In this document: positions 38,657 to 49,071 of the stretch, piece by piece
Layout: every line of letters begins with the position of its first letter
Numbering within the stretch: position 1 is the stretch's first letter
From: an uncultured virus (IMG/VR IMGVR_UViG_3300027976_000023)
Taxonomy: Duplodnaviria; Heunggongvirae; Uroviricota; Caudoviricetes
Length of the DNA: 64,000 nt
Direction: 5' to 3' (one strand)
IMG/VR virus record: IMGVR_UViG_3300027976_000023
Notes under the pieces: model-generated
What the model was told of the DNA's origin: nothing
What the model saw: the letters and a program-made list of their open reading frames with translations, nothing else
Database searches by the model: none
Made by a program: the position numbers and the translations under genes

Positions 38657-38877
38657 AATTCTTTATGTAATTGTACAAGAACATCTTTATTAATTTCTAC
38701 AATTTTTTTTCTAAACTTTGTACCTTTAAGTTCTTTTTCTAAGATTTTTAAGACTTTATTTTCTAAATCACTACCAAAAACATCTTTAATTTCTTTTCTA
38801 ATCATTGCGCCAATTTTGGCTTCATCTGTTTTAGTTAAAGATTCTGTAATGATTTGTTTAAGTCTTTTATTATCCAT
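38617..38877 (-). CDS. hypothetical protein
   Basis: ORF track; LKQIITES N-terminus. Confidence 0.65.
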   Translation of the reverse strand: MDNKRLKQIITESLTKTDEAKIGAMIRKEIKDVFGSDLENKVLKILEKELKGTKFRKKIVEINKDVLVQLHKELWMRRQFWLTALK

Positions 38878-38911
38878 ATACTATATAAATATTAACATTT
38901 CAATAAAAAAA

Positions 38912-39370
38912 CTATATCAATATTAATAAAGTTATAATGGGTAATATTACTGACCCCGCTAAACCTAAAAATTTAAAAAACTTTTGTTTTCTAATCTCTT
39001 TTTTTTGTTGTTTAATAGTATCATCTTTTAAAGTAATTACACTATCCTTGTTATCAATAATAGTTTTTAAATTATTAACCACACTTTCACAATTAGTGTT
39101 TTGTAAATTTAACTTATCAATTATCTCATCTTTTAAAGTAATTTTACTCTGATAAAGACTATCCCTTTCTATATATACATTTAAAAGACTATCGGTGATT
39201 TCACATTCTAACAAGTCACTAAGGATAAACTTAGCATCTTCTAAATTCATCAATACCAGTGTATCTCCTTTATCATTAACGATTGTTTTAACCTCTCCTT
39301 TTGAGATATTCTGAGATATTGATGGTGACACTATTAGCGTCCATAATAATAACATTAGAATAAACTTCAT
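38912..39370 (-). CDS. exported coiled-coil protein with C-terminal TM (spanin-like)
   Basis: signal-like N-terminus, coiled coil, hydrophobic C-terminus; overlaps upstream gene. Confidence 0.5.
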   Translation of the reverse strand: MKFILMLLLWTLIVSPSISQNISKGEVKTIVNDKGDTLVLMNLEDAKFILSDLLECEITDSLLNVYIERDSLYQSKITLKDEIIDKLNLQNTNCESVVNNLKTIIDNKDSVITLKDDTIKQQKKEIRKQKFFKFLGLAGSVILPIITLLILI

Positions 39371-39695
39371 TCTTTTTATTTTTTAATTTTTTTATTTGTG
39401 TGTCGGAATATTTTAATTTAACATTAACAACTTCAACATTCTCTTCTAAAACTATAATATCTTTTATAAGTTTTTCGTTTAGTAATGAAATACTATCGTT
39501 GTTACCCAACAACATTTCGTTCTGATGATTTAATAAATTAATCTCTTCTTCATATTTGTTAATATCTTTAGAAGGTCTTAATAAAATTGATAATACTAAC
39601 GCAACACCTAAAACTAGGATAAAAATTATTTTTATGTCGATACCATTCTTAAACATTTTCAATCTCATCTTCTTCAGAAAAAGACTGACCCCCAA
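39288..39695 (-). CDS. N-terminal TM coiled-coil protein (i-spanin-like)
   Basis: TM then heptad-rich region; true start probably MFKNG. Confidence 0.5.
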   Translation of the reverse strand: MGVSLFLKKMRLKMFKNGIDIKIIFILVLGVALVLSILLRPSKDINKYEEEINLLNHQNEMLLGNNDSISLLNEKLIKDIIVLEENVEVVNVKLKYSDTQIKKLKNKKNEVYSNVIIMDANSVTINISEYLKRRG

Positions 39696-40176
39696 ATTCT
39701 GGTGAGTTCACACTTACTGGTCCATCTTCAGCGTTTTCTTCATCTACAATTTCATTTTTATATTCTTCTGCGATTCTAGTAGCCCATTCATCCGACCAAG
39801 TTTCATAATATGCAACTAATTTCTGTATTTGAGTTTTTAATACTTCATCACTAAGTTGTATAAATGTACCAGTTATATATACACCCCTAGTGTCATCTAA
39901 AGAATAAAACCATTCTATTTTACTATCAGTAAATTCACCACTAAATTCAACATTTTGTGAATTAGGGTATAATTTAAAAGAGGTGAATTTAACTCTAGGT
40001 GAAACAGTGTTTCTGAATTTTTGTTGTTCTTCCGCATAATCCGCAGGTGACAAATCTTCTTTACCTCCGATAGGCTCAGATTGTTCACGTAACATTATTT
40101 TATTAACCTTATTTTTTTTACTAATTGATTCTCTAATCAATCCTAACATTCTCTTTGTATCATCATGTTGACCCAT
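39649..40176 (-). CDS. hypothetical protein
   Basis: ORF track; LIRES/MLREQ motifs. Confidence 0.7.
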   Translation of the reverse strand: MGQHDDTKRMLGLIRESISKKNKVNKIMLREQSEPIGGKEDLSPADYAEEQQKFRNTVSPRVKFTSFKLYPNSQNVEFSGEFTDSKIEWFYSLDDTRGVYITGTFIQLSDEVLKTQIQKLVAYYETWSDEWATRIAEEYKNEIVDEENAEDGPVSVNSPEFGGQSFSEEDEIENV

Positions 40177-40180
40177 ATCT

Positions 40181-40798
40181 CTATTTTTTATTTTCTATTT
40201 TATCTTTTATTTTTTTATATTCCCAAGCTGGACTTAAATCGGTACTTTCTTTATAATAATTACTTTTATAAACTATACCTTCAAAAAATTCAACACCATC
40301 TATATAAGTATTATGACCCACACAATTATTAGGTATATCATACTTATCACAAAGGTATTTTACTAACTCAACACAACTATCTAATTGTTTTAATGTGTAT
40401 GGGTCCCAGTAATTAAACCCTCTCCATCTTTTTTCATATACCTTAACCTTTCTATTATAAATATTACCAACCCAATCAAAGTACGTATCATTTATCAAAT
40501 CTTTATTTAACCAACCTTGATTCTCAATAGTTATCGATATAATTTTTTTATCCACAGATTTATTATTTGTGAAATCTGAGTAGTTGTTAGGTGTAAAGTG
40601 TTGATAAACTTTACCTTTTCTATCTATAGTAAACATAGATGTTTTTTTATATTCACCCATCTCCCTATTTAACCAACCTTTAATATGTTTATTGTTTTCT
40701 GAAAAACTATTCCCTAAAACAATTTGTCTTTTTTTAAACTCTATGGGGTAATAGTTATTCTCTGGTAAAGAATATGTTTCAATATCAATATCCATCAA
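40181..40798 (-). CDS. Amidase_2-fold protein with degenerate zinc ligands
   Basis: FTIDRKGKVYQ, ISITIENQG, YTLKQLDS..LVKYL; QIVLGNS replaces HHT. Confidence 0.65.
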   Translation of the reverse strand: MMDIDIETYSLPENNYYPIEFKKRQIVLGNSFSENNKHIKGWLNREMGEYKKTSMFTIDRKGKVYQHFTPNNYSDFTNNKSVDKKIISITIENQGWLNKDLINDTYFDWVGNIYNRKVKVYEKRWRGFNYWDPYTLKQLDSCVELVKYLCDKYDIPNNCVGHNTYIDGVEFFEGIVYKSNYYKESTDLSPAWEYKKIKDKIENKK

Positions 40799-41742
40799 TC
40801 TATCCTTTGAATATTAGTTTTAGGTGGGGTTAGTGGTTGTTTAACTACTACATCTTGTATAATCACCTCTTCATCAATATCACCTTTTTGTGGTGTGACT
40901 AAAGTAACGTCAGGTTGTTCATCAAAGGACTTAGAGATTTCTTCATAAATATCATCTACCTCTGGTTGTTCAATTATTTCCTCACCATTTTCTAATGACA
41001 CTATAAATTCATCTACCGTTCCATTACCTTCTTCCTCATAAGGATATTCTTCCAATCCATCATTTAACGTTATATCCAAATCAGAAAAATCATCTTCAAT
41101 TATGTTGTACGTAAATGATAACGCTGTTGGTTCATCCTCACCCATTTCTACCTTACCTTTCTTAGATATTTCATTAGCTTTTTTGAATACTCTATTCAAT
41201 TCCCTTTCAGAAACCATCTTTTCCACATATTTATTTCTACTATTAAAATATTCTTCTGTTTCTGGTTTTTCTTCAACCACTTCCTTATCGTATTTAACGA
41301 AGAAGTGTAGTGATGTTAATGAAATAATTGGTAGTAACCCACCTTCTAAATACGCTAAATACCTTTTTAATCCAACAGTATCTGTCAATTCTGTACCAAA
41401 CGATTCCCATATCGGACCAGTTAACTCAACCCAAGTTTTAAATAATTTACCTGTCTCATCTATTTCATTAAAAGAGTAAAAAATGTTTCCTATCATCTGT
41501 ATGAAAGTAACAAGACCAAACATAAACCACACACCACCACTTATTCGATTGGTTGCTGCAACCAATGCTGACATAGCACCAACTTCGATAGCAATAGAAA
41601 GATATATCGCCCAATTTAAGGGGTTAGCAATGTCATACCAAGTTACAACGTGAGAGATTGATATCCCAGCAACCAATAGTATTGGTATAAGAAACATAAA
41701 CCTATTAGGGTTATTCTTTACCCAATTCCATATATTCATCAT
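40795..41742 (-). CDS. multi-TM membrane protein with acidic tail
   Basis: four hydrophobic segments, then Glu/Asp-rich region. Confidence 0.7.
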   Translation of the reverse strand: MMNIWNWVKNNPNRFMFLIPILLVAGISISHVVTWYDIANPLNWAIYLSIAIEVGAMSALVAATNRISGGVWFMFGLVTFIQMIGNIFYSFNEIDETGKLFKTWVELTGPIWESFGTELTDTVGLKRYLAYLEGGLLPIISLTSLHFFVKYDKEVVEEKPETEEYFNSRNKYVEKMVSERELNRVFKKANEISKKGKVEMGEDEPTALSFTYNIIEDDFSDLDITLNDGLEEYPYEEEGNGTVDEFIVSLENGEEIIEQPEVDDIYEEISKSFDEQPDVTLVTPQKGDIDEEVIIQDVVVKQPLTPPKTNIQRID

Positions 41743-41906
41743 ACTTCAAATCCAAAATTAAACACCATAACTCTAAGTTTAACACATTTTTCATTATCAC
41801 ATGGACATATTTTAATTTCTAATAATGTTAACTTCCCTAATCGGATAGTTACACTCCACTTATTTTTTTTATTTTCACCTTTCCAAGAATTGACCCAATT
41901 TACCAT
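41739..41906 (-). CDS. 55-aa hypothetical protein
   Basis: manual translation MVNWVNSWKGENKKNKW..FNFGFEV. Confidence 0.6.
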   Translation of the reverse strand: MVNWVNSWKGENKKNKWSVTIRLGKLTLLEIKICPCDNEKCVKLRVMVFNFGFEV

Positions 41907-41912
41907 AATATT

Positions 41913-42242
41913 TTATTTTTGTAGTTCTTTAATATTATACTTTATTATTGGGTGTAACTCCATTAATTGTTGACCCCTATTTTGTTCTGAAACCCAACTA
42001 TCATACTCAATATGGATATTTATTTTTTCCACTCTTATTAATTCAGGTATACTATCTATTCTTTGTTGTTTTTGAGTGATAATAGTTTCTAAACTATCTA
42101 TGTGATTAATAGTGACAACACCATCTCTACCCAGATTTTTGATTTCAACTGATTTTTGACATGATCGGAAAAATAATATCACTAATAAACCACTTAGGAC
42201 ATATAATTTATATTTTTTAATCAGATTAATAAAGTTTTTCAT
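41913..42242 (-). CDS. membrane-anchored protein (possible lipoprotein)
   Basis: TM ending FFRSC. Confidence 0.6.
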   Translation of the reverse strand: MKNFINLIKKYKLYVLSGLLVILFFRSCQKSVEIKNLGRDGVVTINHIDSLETIITQKQQRIDSIPELIRVEKINIHIEYDSWVSEQNRGQQLMELHPIIKYNIKELQK

Positions 42243-42340
42243 ATTTTTTTAATTTTAATATTTTTACTATGAAAGTATGTAATTTACTTATCATATAAAT
42301 ATAACTAAATTATAATATATTTTACTAAATAGTAAATAAC

Positions 42341-42368
42341 AAAAAAAAAGGAGGGTTTTCAACCTCCT
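42341..42368 (-). terminator. intrinsic terminator after the sigma gene
   Basis: AGGAGG..CCTCCT stem plus long T-run. Confidence 0.75.
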
Positions 42369-42394
42369 CAGTAACCAATTAAACGTGTCAATTT

Positions 42395-43189
42395 TTAAAA
42401 ACCAACCATAGCAATATTATTTCTAATTTTTCTTATTGCAGATTCTTTTATTTGTCGTATTCTTTCCTTTGTTAACCCAAAATCTTCACCAATCATTTCT
42501 AATGTCATACATTCCCCTGTAATACCATAATAACAATTAATAATTTCAACCTCTCTTTCTGATAAATTACTCATTGCAATATTCAACCTTCGATTTTTAA
42601 AAAACTCTTCTTCTCCTTCAATAGTATCAGGACTATAGAATAATGTACTTTCAATTACATTTACTAATTCACCACCATCTTCATTAATGGGTGTATTTAA
42701 TGAAGTACAAGATGGTACAATCACTTGTGTTATTTCACTATTTGTTGGTTTTCTATGATTATCCTTTTCAAAGGTATCTACCTCCTTTTTAATCTTACTT
42801 AGTTTATTTATCATATTCCCCGGTAATCTAACAGTCCTTGAATCATCATTCAACGATTGTATGATACATTGTTTAATCCACCATATCGCGTATGAAATAA
42901 ACCTAAACCCTTTAGTATGATCAAACTTTTTAGCTGCAGTAATTAAACCGTAATTACCTTCCGAAATTAAATCAGCAATTGGTACACCTTGATTCTGGTA
43001 CCTCTTAGCAATTTTAATGACAAATCTTAGGTTGGCACTCACCAACTCATTTAAAGCTCTTTCATCCCCTTTTTCAATTCTTTTGGCTAATACCACTTCC
43101 CTTTCTGCGGTTATTAGACTATTTTTTCTAACATCCTTCATATATATACCCATACCATCTTCTTTGTTGTTGATAAAACCCTTCGCCAT
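42395..43189 (-). CDS. sigma70-family RNA polymerase sigma factor (RpoD/SigA-like)
   Basis: ANLRFV..AKRY, DLISEGN.GL, GFRFISYAIWWI, TLE.IG..LTKERIRQI. Confidence 0.93.
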   Translation of the reverse strand: MAKGFINNKEDGMGIYMKDVRKNSLITAEREVVLAKRIEKGDERALNELVSANLRFVIKIAKRYQNQGVPIADLISEGNYGLITAAKKFDHTKGFRFISYAIWWIKQCIIQSLNDDSRTVRLPGNMINKLSKIKKEVDTFEKDNHRKPTNSEITQVIVPSCTSLNTPINEDGGELVNVIESTLFYSPDTIEGEEEFFKNRRLNIAMSNLSEREVEIINCYYGITGECMTLEMIGEDFGLTKERIRQIKESAIRKIRNNIAMVGF

Positions 43190-43202
43190 ATTGTCTATTT
43201 AT

Positions 43203-43694
43203 TTATTTGTTTTTTATTTTGTCTCTTAATCTAGCAGCTTCTTCATAATCTTCAGAACTTAAAGCCTCTTCTAATAACTCTTCATCACTTTGTTCTTCTA
43301 CGTCCTCCAAAAAATCATATTTAAAAGGGTTAAAATTCATTTCACCATTTTTCAACCCCTCCCTAATTTTCTTTAACGCTTCTTCCATTTTAATAAATGA
43401 AGTATTAGAGTTGTTAATTATTGACCCAAATAGTGCTTCTTGAAATTCTTTGTTCTCTATACTTGCAGAGAAATAACCTGGTGTCATTTCGAAAATAATA
43501 AACGACCTTTGATTCGATTTTAATATCTCCTCAATTTCCCCAATATGAAACCCGCTAGTAAATGTCGCGATTAATAACCCTTCACCACTAACAAAATTTA
43601 TACTAGTTTCAGATATCTCCGTTAGGTCTTCTTTTATTTCATCTATTTTACCTAACCCAATGATACAATAGTTTTTTAAATAAGGTTTCTCCAT
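43203..43694 (-). CDS. hypothetical protein with C-terminal UVR motif
   Basis: ALSSEDYEEAARLRDKI. Confidence 0.7.
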   Translation of the reverse strand: MEKPYLKNYCIIGLGKIDEIKEDLTEISETSINFVSGEGLLIATFTSGFHIGEIEEILKSNQRSFIIFEMTPGYFSASIENKEFQEALFGSIINNSNTSFIKMEEALKKIREGLKNGEMNFNPFKYDFLEDVEEQSDEELLEEALSSEDYEEAARLRDKIKNK

Positions 43695-43762
43695 AATTCT
43701 CTTTCCTAATAAATATTATCAAATACTATACTAAATCTTTATTTTGTTAAATATAGTAAAAT

Positions 43763-46138
43763 TTATTTTATCTGCAATGAAGAAATGTCATTATTTTTTT
43801 CTACAGTGATAATTTTGTCAGCCCAATCTTGTATTATGGGGTTATGACTTATCAATAGAATAATTTCATACATTTTCTTAATTTTATCAAAAAATATTTT
43901 TACGTTGTCTAAATTATTGTTTGCAACCTTACCCAATACCTCGTCAAATACTATCACATTAGGTTTTGGTAGTGTCGATACTCTACCTAACACACACCTT
44001 AAAGCTAATGAGGCTAAAGTAGTCTCTAAACCAGACCCTGATTTAAGTTTTTTATTTATGTTATTTTTAATTATTAAAAATTCCACTTCATTTTTATTAT
44101 TAATTTCTAATTGTACTTCAAAATCACAAACTTCATCTAATAATCTCGTTAATTCATAATTGATAATTGGGATAACCGATGATAACACCAACTTAGAAAT
44201 ACCATTTTTACCTATCATTCTATTGTAAACCTCAAATATTTTAAGCACTTCATCCTCCTTTAATATTTGTCCAATTAGATTTACATTATCTGATATTGTA
44301 GTTTCTTTTAGTGTTATATCGTTTTTCAAATTCTGAATATCAGTCCTTATTGTATCTCTATTGACGTTTAAAGTTTCTAATAGTTGGTTATATCCCAGTA
44401 TTTTACTCTCTAATTTCCTATTTTCTTCGATGAAATCAATATTTCTTTCATAGTCCTTTAATAAAGATGTCTTCTCTCTATAGTCAACCCTCATTCTATC
44501 AATCTCAATCTCTGTTCTATCTTTAGACAAACTTAACCTATCAAATATATCAGAATTTTTCTTTTCTTCATTAGTGGTTTTTAATTTATCTTGTACACCT
44601 ACTAATTTAGATTTAACTTTTTTAAGTTCTTTATTCTTTTCTTTAAGTGACTTTTCATTTTCTTTTATATCACCACTATTATCCACTTCTTCTAAAGACC
44701 TTTTACATGTTGGGCAATTTTCACCTTCTTTTAAATCATTTATTATTTTTTCAATAGACTTAATTTCAGACTCCTGATAACTTTCTAATAAAAGTACTTC
44801 TTTCTCAGTGTCTCTTAAAATTTCATGATCGTCTTCATCATAAGAAAATTTATTAATACCTTTTATTTCTTTTAATATTTTACTTAATTTTTCTTTTAAT
44901 TCTACACCAGTGTTAGTTAAATCATCGATCTCTTTCTTAAGTGTATCTGGGTTAACTTTTTTAATTTCAGAATCAATAGAATATCTTTTCCCTAATAAAT
45001 CATCCTTTTTATCTTTGGCTTCAGTAATTTTCTTCTCTACTTTTTTTAGTTCTTTCCCTTTAAATTTAATCTCTATTCTATTATCACTAACATTCTTAGA
45101 GTATTCTTCATTATCCAATTCAAGTTGTTTAGTGTTATAAACATTGGATTTCATCTTACTTTTAAAATCAGACATTAATGTTTTATTAATATCTTCCTTT
45201 TTTTCTATAACCTCTAACCCAATGAACTTCGTTAACATTCTACCCCTTTGTGTGGGTTTAGTCTCAATTAAATCCTCTAAGTTTTTAGCGGTTGCAACAA
45301 TAGTTAACATAAAATCATCATACGACCCAATAGTTTCAGTAATTAATTTATCTGTTTCTCTTCTTTGTTCCCCTTCTAAATTTTCCCTAGAACCATCAGA
45401 TAATATATGATAAAATTCTAATGCTGTAGATACTTTATACTCACCATTTTTAGATAATTTTCTATTTAATCTTCTCTCAATTATATATTCTTCACCGTCA
45501 ATATCAATCTGTCCACCAACAACTACATTATCGTCATCAGAAAAAGTATTAAATATTTCAGAAGTAATATCAGTTTTTGTTGTCTTACCAAAGAATAAGA
45601 ATAATAATGAATCAATAGTAAATATTGTTTTACCACCTTGATTCTCAGGTAATGAATTAACCACCGTTAACCCTAATAGGTTTTGATAGTCTACTTTATT
45701 ACCATTACCAAAAGATAAAAAATTATCTAACCATAAATTCTTTATACACCATCTACGGTATCTTATATCTTCCTCTTCTCTGTTAATTAACACCTCTTCA
45801 ACCTTTTCATCTAGTCTACATAACCTATCAAAGTTTACTGTTACATCATTTATTTTTAACCACTCAGCGAATAAACTTCTCTGATAAGCACTATCCATTA
45901 TGTTATCAATCAACCCCTCACTTAAATCGATAACCTTACCAGCGTTATTTTTAATAATGGGGTTAAAATTTAACTTTATTGAGGTTTGGGGTATCCCATA
46001 TTTTTCAGAAAAATATGTTTTTACCCTATTAGTAGTTTCTAATGTTCTATTTTCTGGGTAATCTTGCCAATCCACCCTTATTTGTGCGTTTTTAGGAATA
46101 CTCAACACCTTTTGTGATTTCTCTAACACCTTTTCCAT
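43763..46138 (-). CDS. sbcC: SbcC/Rad50/gp46-like ATPase
   Basis: NFLSFG, NQGGKT, coiled coil with CPTC hook, SGLE signature, VFDEV, ISH. Confidence 0.9.
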   Translation of the reverse strand: MEKVLEKSQKVLSIPKNAQIRVDWQDYPENRTLETTNRVKTYFSEKYGIPQTSIKLNFNPIIKNNAGKVIDLSEGLIDNIMDSAYQRSLFAEWLKINDVTVNFDRLCRLDEKVEEVLINREEEDIRYRRWCIKNLWLDNFLSFGNGNKVDYQNLLGLTVVNSLPENQGGKTIFTIDSLLFLFFGKTTKTDITSEIFNTFSDDDNVVVGGQIDIDGEEYIIERRLNRKLSKNGEYKVSTALEFYHILSDGSRENLEGEQRRETDKLITETIGSYDDFMLTIVATAKNLEDLIETKPTQRGRMLTKFIGLEVIEKKEDINKTLMSDFKSKMKSNVYNTKQLELDNEEYSKNVSDNRIEIKFKGKELKKVEKKITEAKDKKDDLLGKRYSIDSEIKKVNPDTLKKEIDDLTNTGVELKEKLSKILKEIKGINKFSYDEDDHEILRDTEKEVLLLESYQESEIKSIEKIINDLKEGENCPTCKRSLEEVDNSGDIKENEKSLKEKNKELKKVKSKLVGVQDKLKTTNEEKKNSDIFDRLSLSKDRTEIEIDRMRVDYREKTSLLKDYERNIDFIEENRKLESKILGYNQLLETLNVNRDTIRTDIQNLKNDITLKETTISDNVNLIGQILKEDEVLKIFEVYNRMIGKNGISKLVLSSVIPIINYELTRLLDEVCDFEVQLEINNKNEVEFLIIKNNINKKLKSGSGLETTLASLALRCVLGRVSTLPKPNVIVFDEVLGKVANNNLDNVKIFFDKIKKMYEIILLISHNPIIQDWADKIITVEKNNDISSLQIK

Positions 46139-46139
46139 A

Positions 46140-46700
46140 TTATTTTTTTAATATATTTGACCCAAACCAACCACCTTTTTTATTGTCATTGTAAATGTCA
46201 TCGTCTTTTTTGTTTCCCTTTTGTGATGACTCTAATTTTTCTTTTAACTTTAATATCTCTTTTTCTAATTTAGTTATTTTATCTATTGATTTTGTACTAT
46301 CCATACCGATTTCTTTTATTTTACTATTTAACACCTCAATTAAATTATCTTTTGTTTTATCTTCTACCTTTTTTTTTAATTCCATTATCTCATCATTTAG
46401 CATTATATTCTTATCTGATATTTTTTTCACTTCATCGTCATCGGTAATATAAACTTCCTTCTCAATAATCTTCTCTACGGTGACTTCTACAATCTTTTCA
46501 ACAATCCTATCCACAGGTACCTCAACTATCTTCTCAACCTCTTTAATCTTACCAACACCGTCACCAAAAGGTGTGGCACCGAATTTTTCAACAGTAAAAC
46601 CCTGCTGAGTCATTTTATTTGTAAATTCATCTACATTAGATATATCATTTAGTCTACAATATTCCCATATTTGGTCTTTTAATTTCTTATCTACTTTCAT
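46140..46700 (-). CDS. coiled-coil protein with VEKIVEV repeats
   Basis: EVEKIVEVPVDRIVEKIVEVTVEKIIEKEV. Confidence 0.7.
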   Translation of the reverse strand: MKVDKKLKDQIWEYCRLNDISNVDEFTNKMTQQGFTVEKFGATPFGDGVGKIKEVEKIVEVPVDRIVEKIVEVTVEKIIEKEVYITDDDEVKKISDKNIMLNDEIMELKKKVEDKTKDNLIEVLNSKIKEIGMDSTKSIDKITKLEKEILKLKEKLESSQKGNKKDDDIYNDNKKGGWFGSNILKK

Positions 46701-47527
46701 TAAGAATTTGTTAAATATTCTCTCTGAGTTTCTATATCCCCCAAAGAGTTTATTTTAAAAACATAATAACCATATTCACTATCTATATTGTGTTCGGTAT
46801 AGTCTAAATGTTCCACATCCCATATTAAATAACCATGATCAGAAACTCTCTCCCCAAAATCTTGTTGTATTAAAGAACCGGAATATGTAATGTTAATACC
46901 ATTATAAACAAAATTTTGTCTATGGTGGATATCACCCATAATAACAGCATCACACCCATCAAACTGTTCAAGTTCTACACTATCACCAAATTCAAATTCA
47001 AACCCAATAGATGTTATTGCACCATTAACTGGGGCGTGGAATAAACCAATATACTTTTTATCATTACCGTATAGTTTCCTAGCCGCATCAATATCAGGTT
47101 TTTTATTTTCTTCAAAGATAGAGTAAACACACCAAACGATGTTATCGTCTAAATAACATTGACTACCCTTGTAATAGGCAACTTCTTTACTATAAGTCCT
47201 TTTATCTAGTATAGGTGTTAACGAATCAATTCTATCTTTATTATTTTCTAATAAATCATGGTTACCAGCAATTAAAACTACTGGACATATGTTACTACAT
47301 TCTTCTAAGAACCAAGAAACTAATACCGACAACTCATTGGATATTGTAATCTTTTGATGAACGATGTCACCAGCCATTACAATTCTCACTTCATTACGAG
47401 ATAAATTATTATCATCGACATAATTTTTAACCTCTTGTATGAACTTTTGACAAACTTCTCTACACTCATCGTGTCTTTTATAAGTCCTAAAATGTAAGTC
47501 AGCGATATGGAATAGTTTTTTTATCAT
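46700..47527 (-). CDS. sbcD: SbcD/Mre11/gp47-like metallophosphoesterase nuclease
   Basis: ADLH, GDIVH, GNHD, GDIH, YSGS. Confidence 0.9.
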   Translation of the reverse strand: MIKKLFHIADLHFRTYKRHDECREVCQKFIQEVKNYVDDNNLSRNEVRIVMAGDIVHQKITISNELSVLVSWFLEECSNICPVVLIAGNHDLLENNKDRIDSLTPILDKRTYSKEVAYYKGSQCYLDDNIVWCVYSIFEENKKPDIDAARKLYGNDKKYIGLFHAPVNGAITSIGFEFEFGDSVELEQFDGCDAVIMGDIHHRQNFVYNGINITYSGSLIQQDFGERVSDHGYLIWDVEHLDYTEHNIDSEYGYYVFKINSLGDIETQREYLTNS

Positions 47528-47568
47528 AGTATAAGTATAATGATTTTTTATTGGAAAAACAATACGTG

Positions 47569-48480
47569 TTACACCAATATACTATTATTAGTTTTTAACA
47601 CTTCAAAGATGTTATCAACATGTTCACTATAATCTTTACATTTAATTATTTTATAGTTTTGGTTTTCTTCGTTAAACCACACTATATGTGACTCACCTAA
47701 TTTAATGTTCGTATTATCCTCTATTATTTTTTTATAGACACCTAATTGTAATGAATATGTGTTAAATTCACAATCATCTAACATATATAAACAATCTTTC
47801 ATTTTGTTACCATAATCATTCTTCATCCCTAATTTAGTATTGGTTTTCCAATCCCATATCTGATAACACTGATATCTCTCATTCCAAAATAATTGATCAA
47901 CCATCCCACATAACATAAGGTCTCTATCACCTATCACTAACTCAGATTTAACTGGTATCAATTTCCCCTTCGCTACCGTATCATCATAGAAATTATGAAA
48001 GTGTTGTCTCATAACCTTATATGTCTCTTCTATCTCTTCAAACTTCAACCCCTCTGGACTTACCCTTGGTTCTGGCATAATCCTATTACTTAAGTAATTT
48101 TCAGCATAATCGTGAAGTGTTGACCCTTCATAAGTTGCATGATGGTTTTTATATTTCCATAACTTATCAATAGTTTCTTCTGTAACCCATTCTTCCGATG
48201 GTTTAGGTTTATCATAGTCTGGTCTACCATATGGGTCACCATCCGTTGGGTAGTAGTTTTGTTTATGGGCATATTTATCCGCCATACTCTGTGGTCGATA
48301 AACATGTCCTTGTTTTAAAGCCCACTTATCTGGTTTATCAACACCTTCTTCAAAATCAGTAGTAAATTTATGTATTAACCCTGTACAAGATATTGTTTTT
48401 TTCCCATCTATATAGTATATATGTGGTTCATCATAATATTTTATATGATTAAATACAGTCAATTCTTTAATTATATCCAT
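47569..48480 (-). CDS. PD-(D/E)XK exonuclease
   Basis: GSTLH, SE, CGMVD, WDWKT, YSLQLGVY; start moved to ATG 48480. Confidence 0.85.
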   Translation of the reverse strand: MDIIKELTVFNHIKYYDEPHIYYIDGKKTISCTGLIHKFTTDFEEGVDKPDKWALKQGHVYRPQSMADKYAHKQNYYPTDGDPYGRPDYDKPKPSEEWVTEETIDKLWKYKNHHATYEGSTLHDYAENYLSNRIMPEPRVSPEGLKFEEIEETYKVMRQHFHNFYDDTVAKGKLIPVKSELVIGDRDLMLCGMVDQLFWNERYQCYQIWDWKTNTKLGMKNDYGNKMKDCLYMLDDCEFNTYSLQLGVYKKIIEDNTNIKLGESHIVWFNEENQNYKIIKCKDYSEHVDNIFEVLKTNNSILV

Positions 48481-48534
48481 TTTTAATATATTTATTAATA
48501 ACAATAATACGCATTTTTTATTAGAAAAACAAAT

Positions 48535-49071
48535 ATGGGTAAGTCAATAATTAGATTAATTACAAATAACACACCGTTCAACCGATTTGAGATTGGGGTA
48601 TTGGACTATATATATACAATCTTTGATGGTAAATTACCTCATAAAGGGTTAATGAAATTACTACATTCAAACTTTAAAGGTACTTTTGGTTTAACTGGGT
48701 CAGAAGTAATGTATTTTTATTCATTATATAAAGAAAATTATTTGGAGTCGGGTGACTTTAGTGGTATTGAGGAAGTTTTGGTACCAAAAATGTACGATTA
48801 CAATGTAAATTACTTACAAGATGTGAGTGCTTGGAGGACTATAGAGCATAATGTAATCGCCGCAAATGAACAGTCCGCTATTGAAGCTATGGATTTTGAT
48901 TTTGACAAAGAAGATGTAGAAGTTAGTAGGTATATTGGCGACCATACAGAAATTGGTAATTATCAAGATGTATTTGATACTGAAATTACTCAGAACCAAC
49001 ATGCCCCCATAAATGAAACGGTGAAAATAATAAAAAAAGTATTAAAGGAATATAAAAATGAAATTAAATAA
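48535..49071 (+). CDS. hypothetical protein resembling the 4.3-6.1 kb paralogs
   Basis: FGLT..E..Y..NY..GDF and VIAANEQSA; C-terminal IIKKVLKE. Confidence 0.7.
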   Translation: MGKSIIRLITNNTPFNRFEIGVLDYIYTIFDGKLPHKGLMKLLHSNFKGTFGLTGSEVMYFYSLYKENYLESGDFSGIEEVLVPKMYDYNVNYLQDVSAWRTIEHNVIAANEQSAIEAMDFDFDKEDVEVSRYIGDHTEIGNYQDVFDTEITQNQHAPINETVKIIKKVLKEYKNEIK

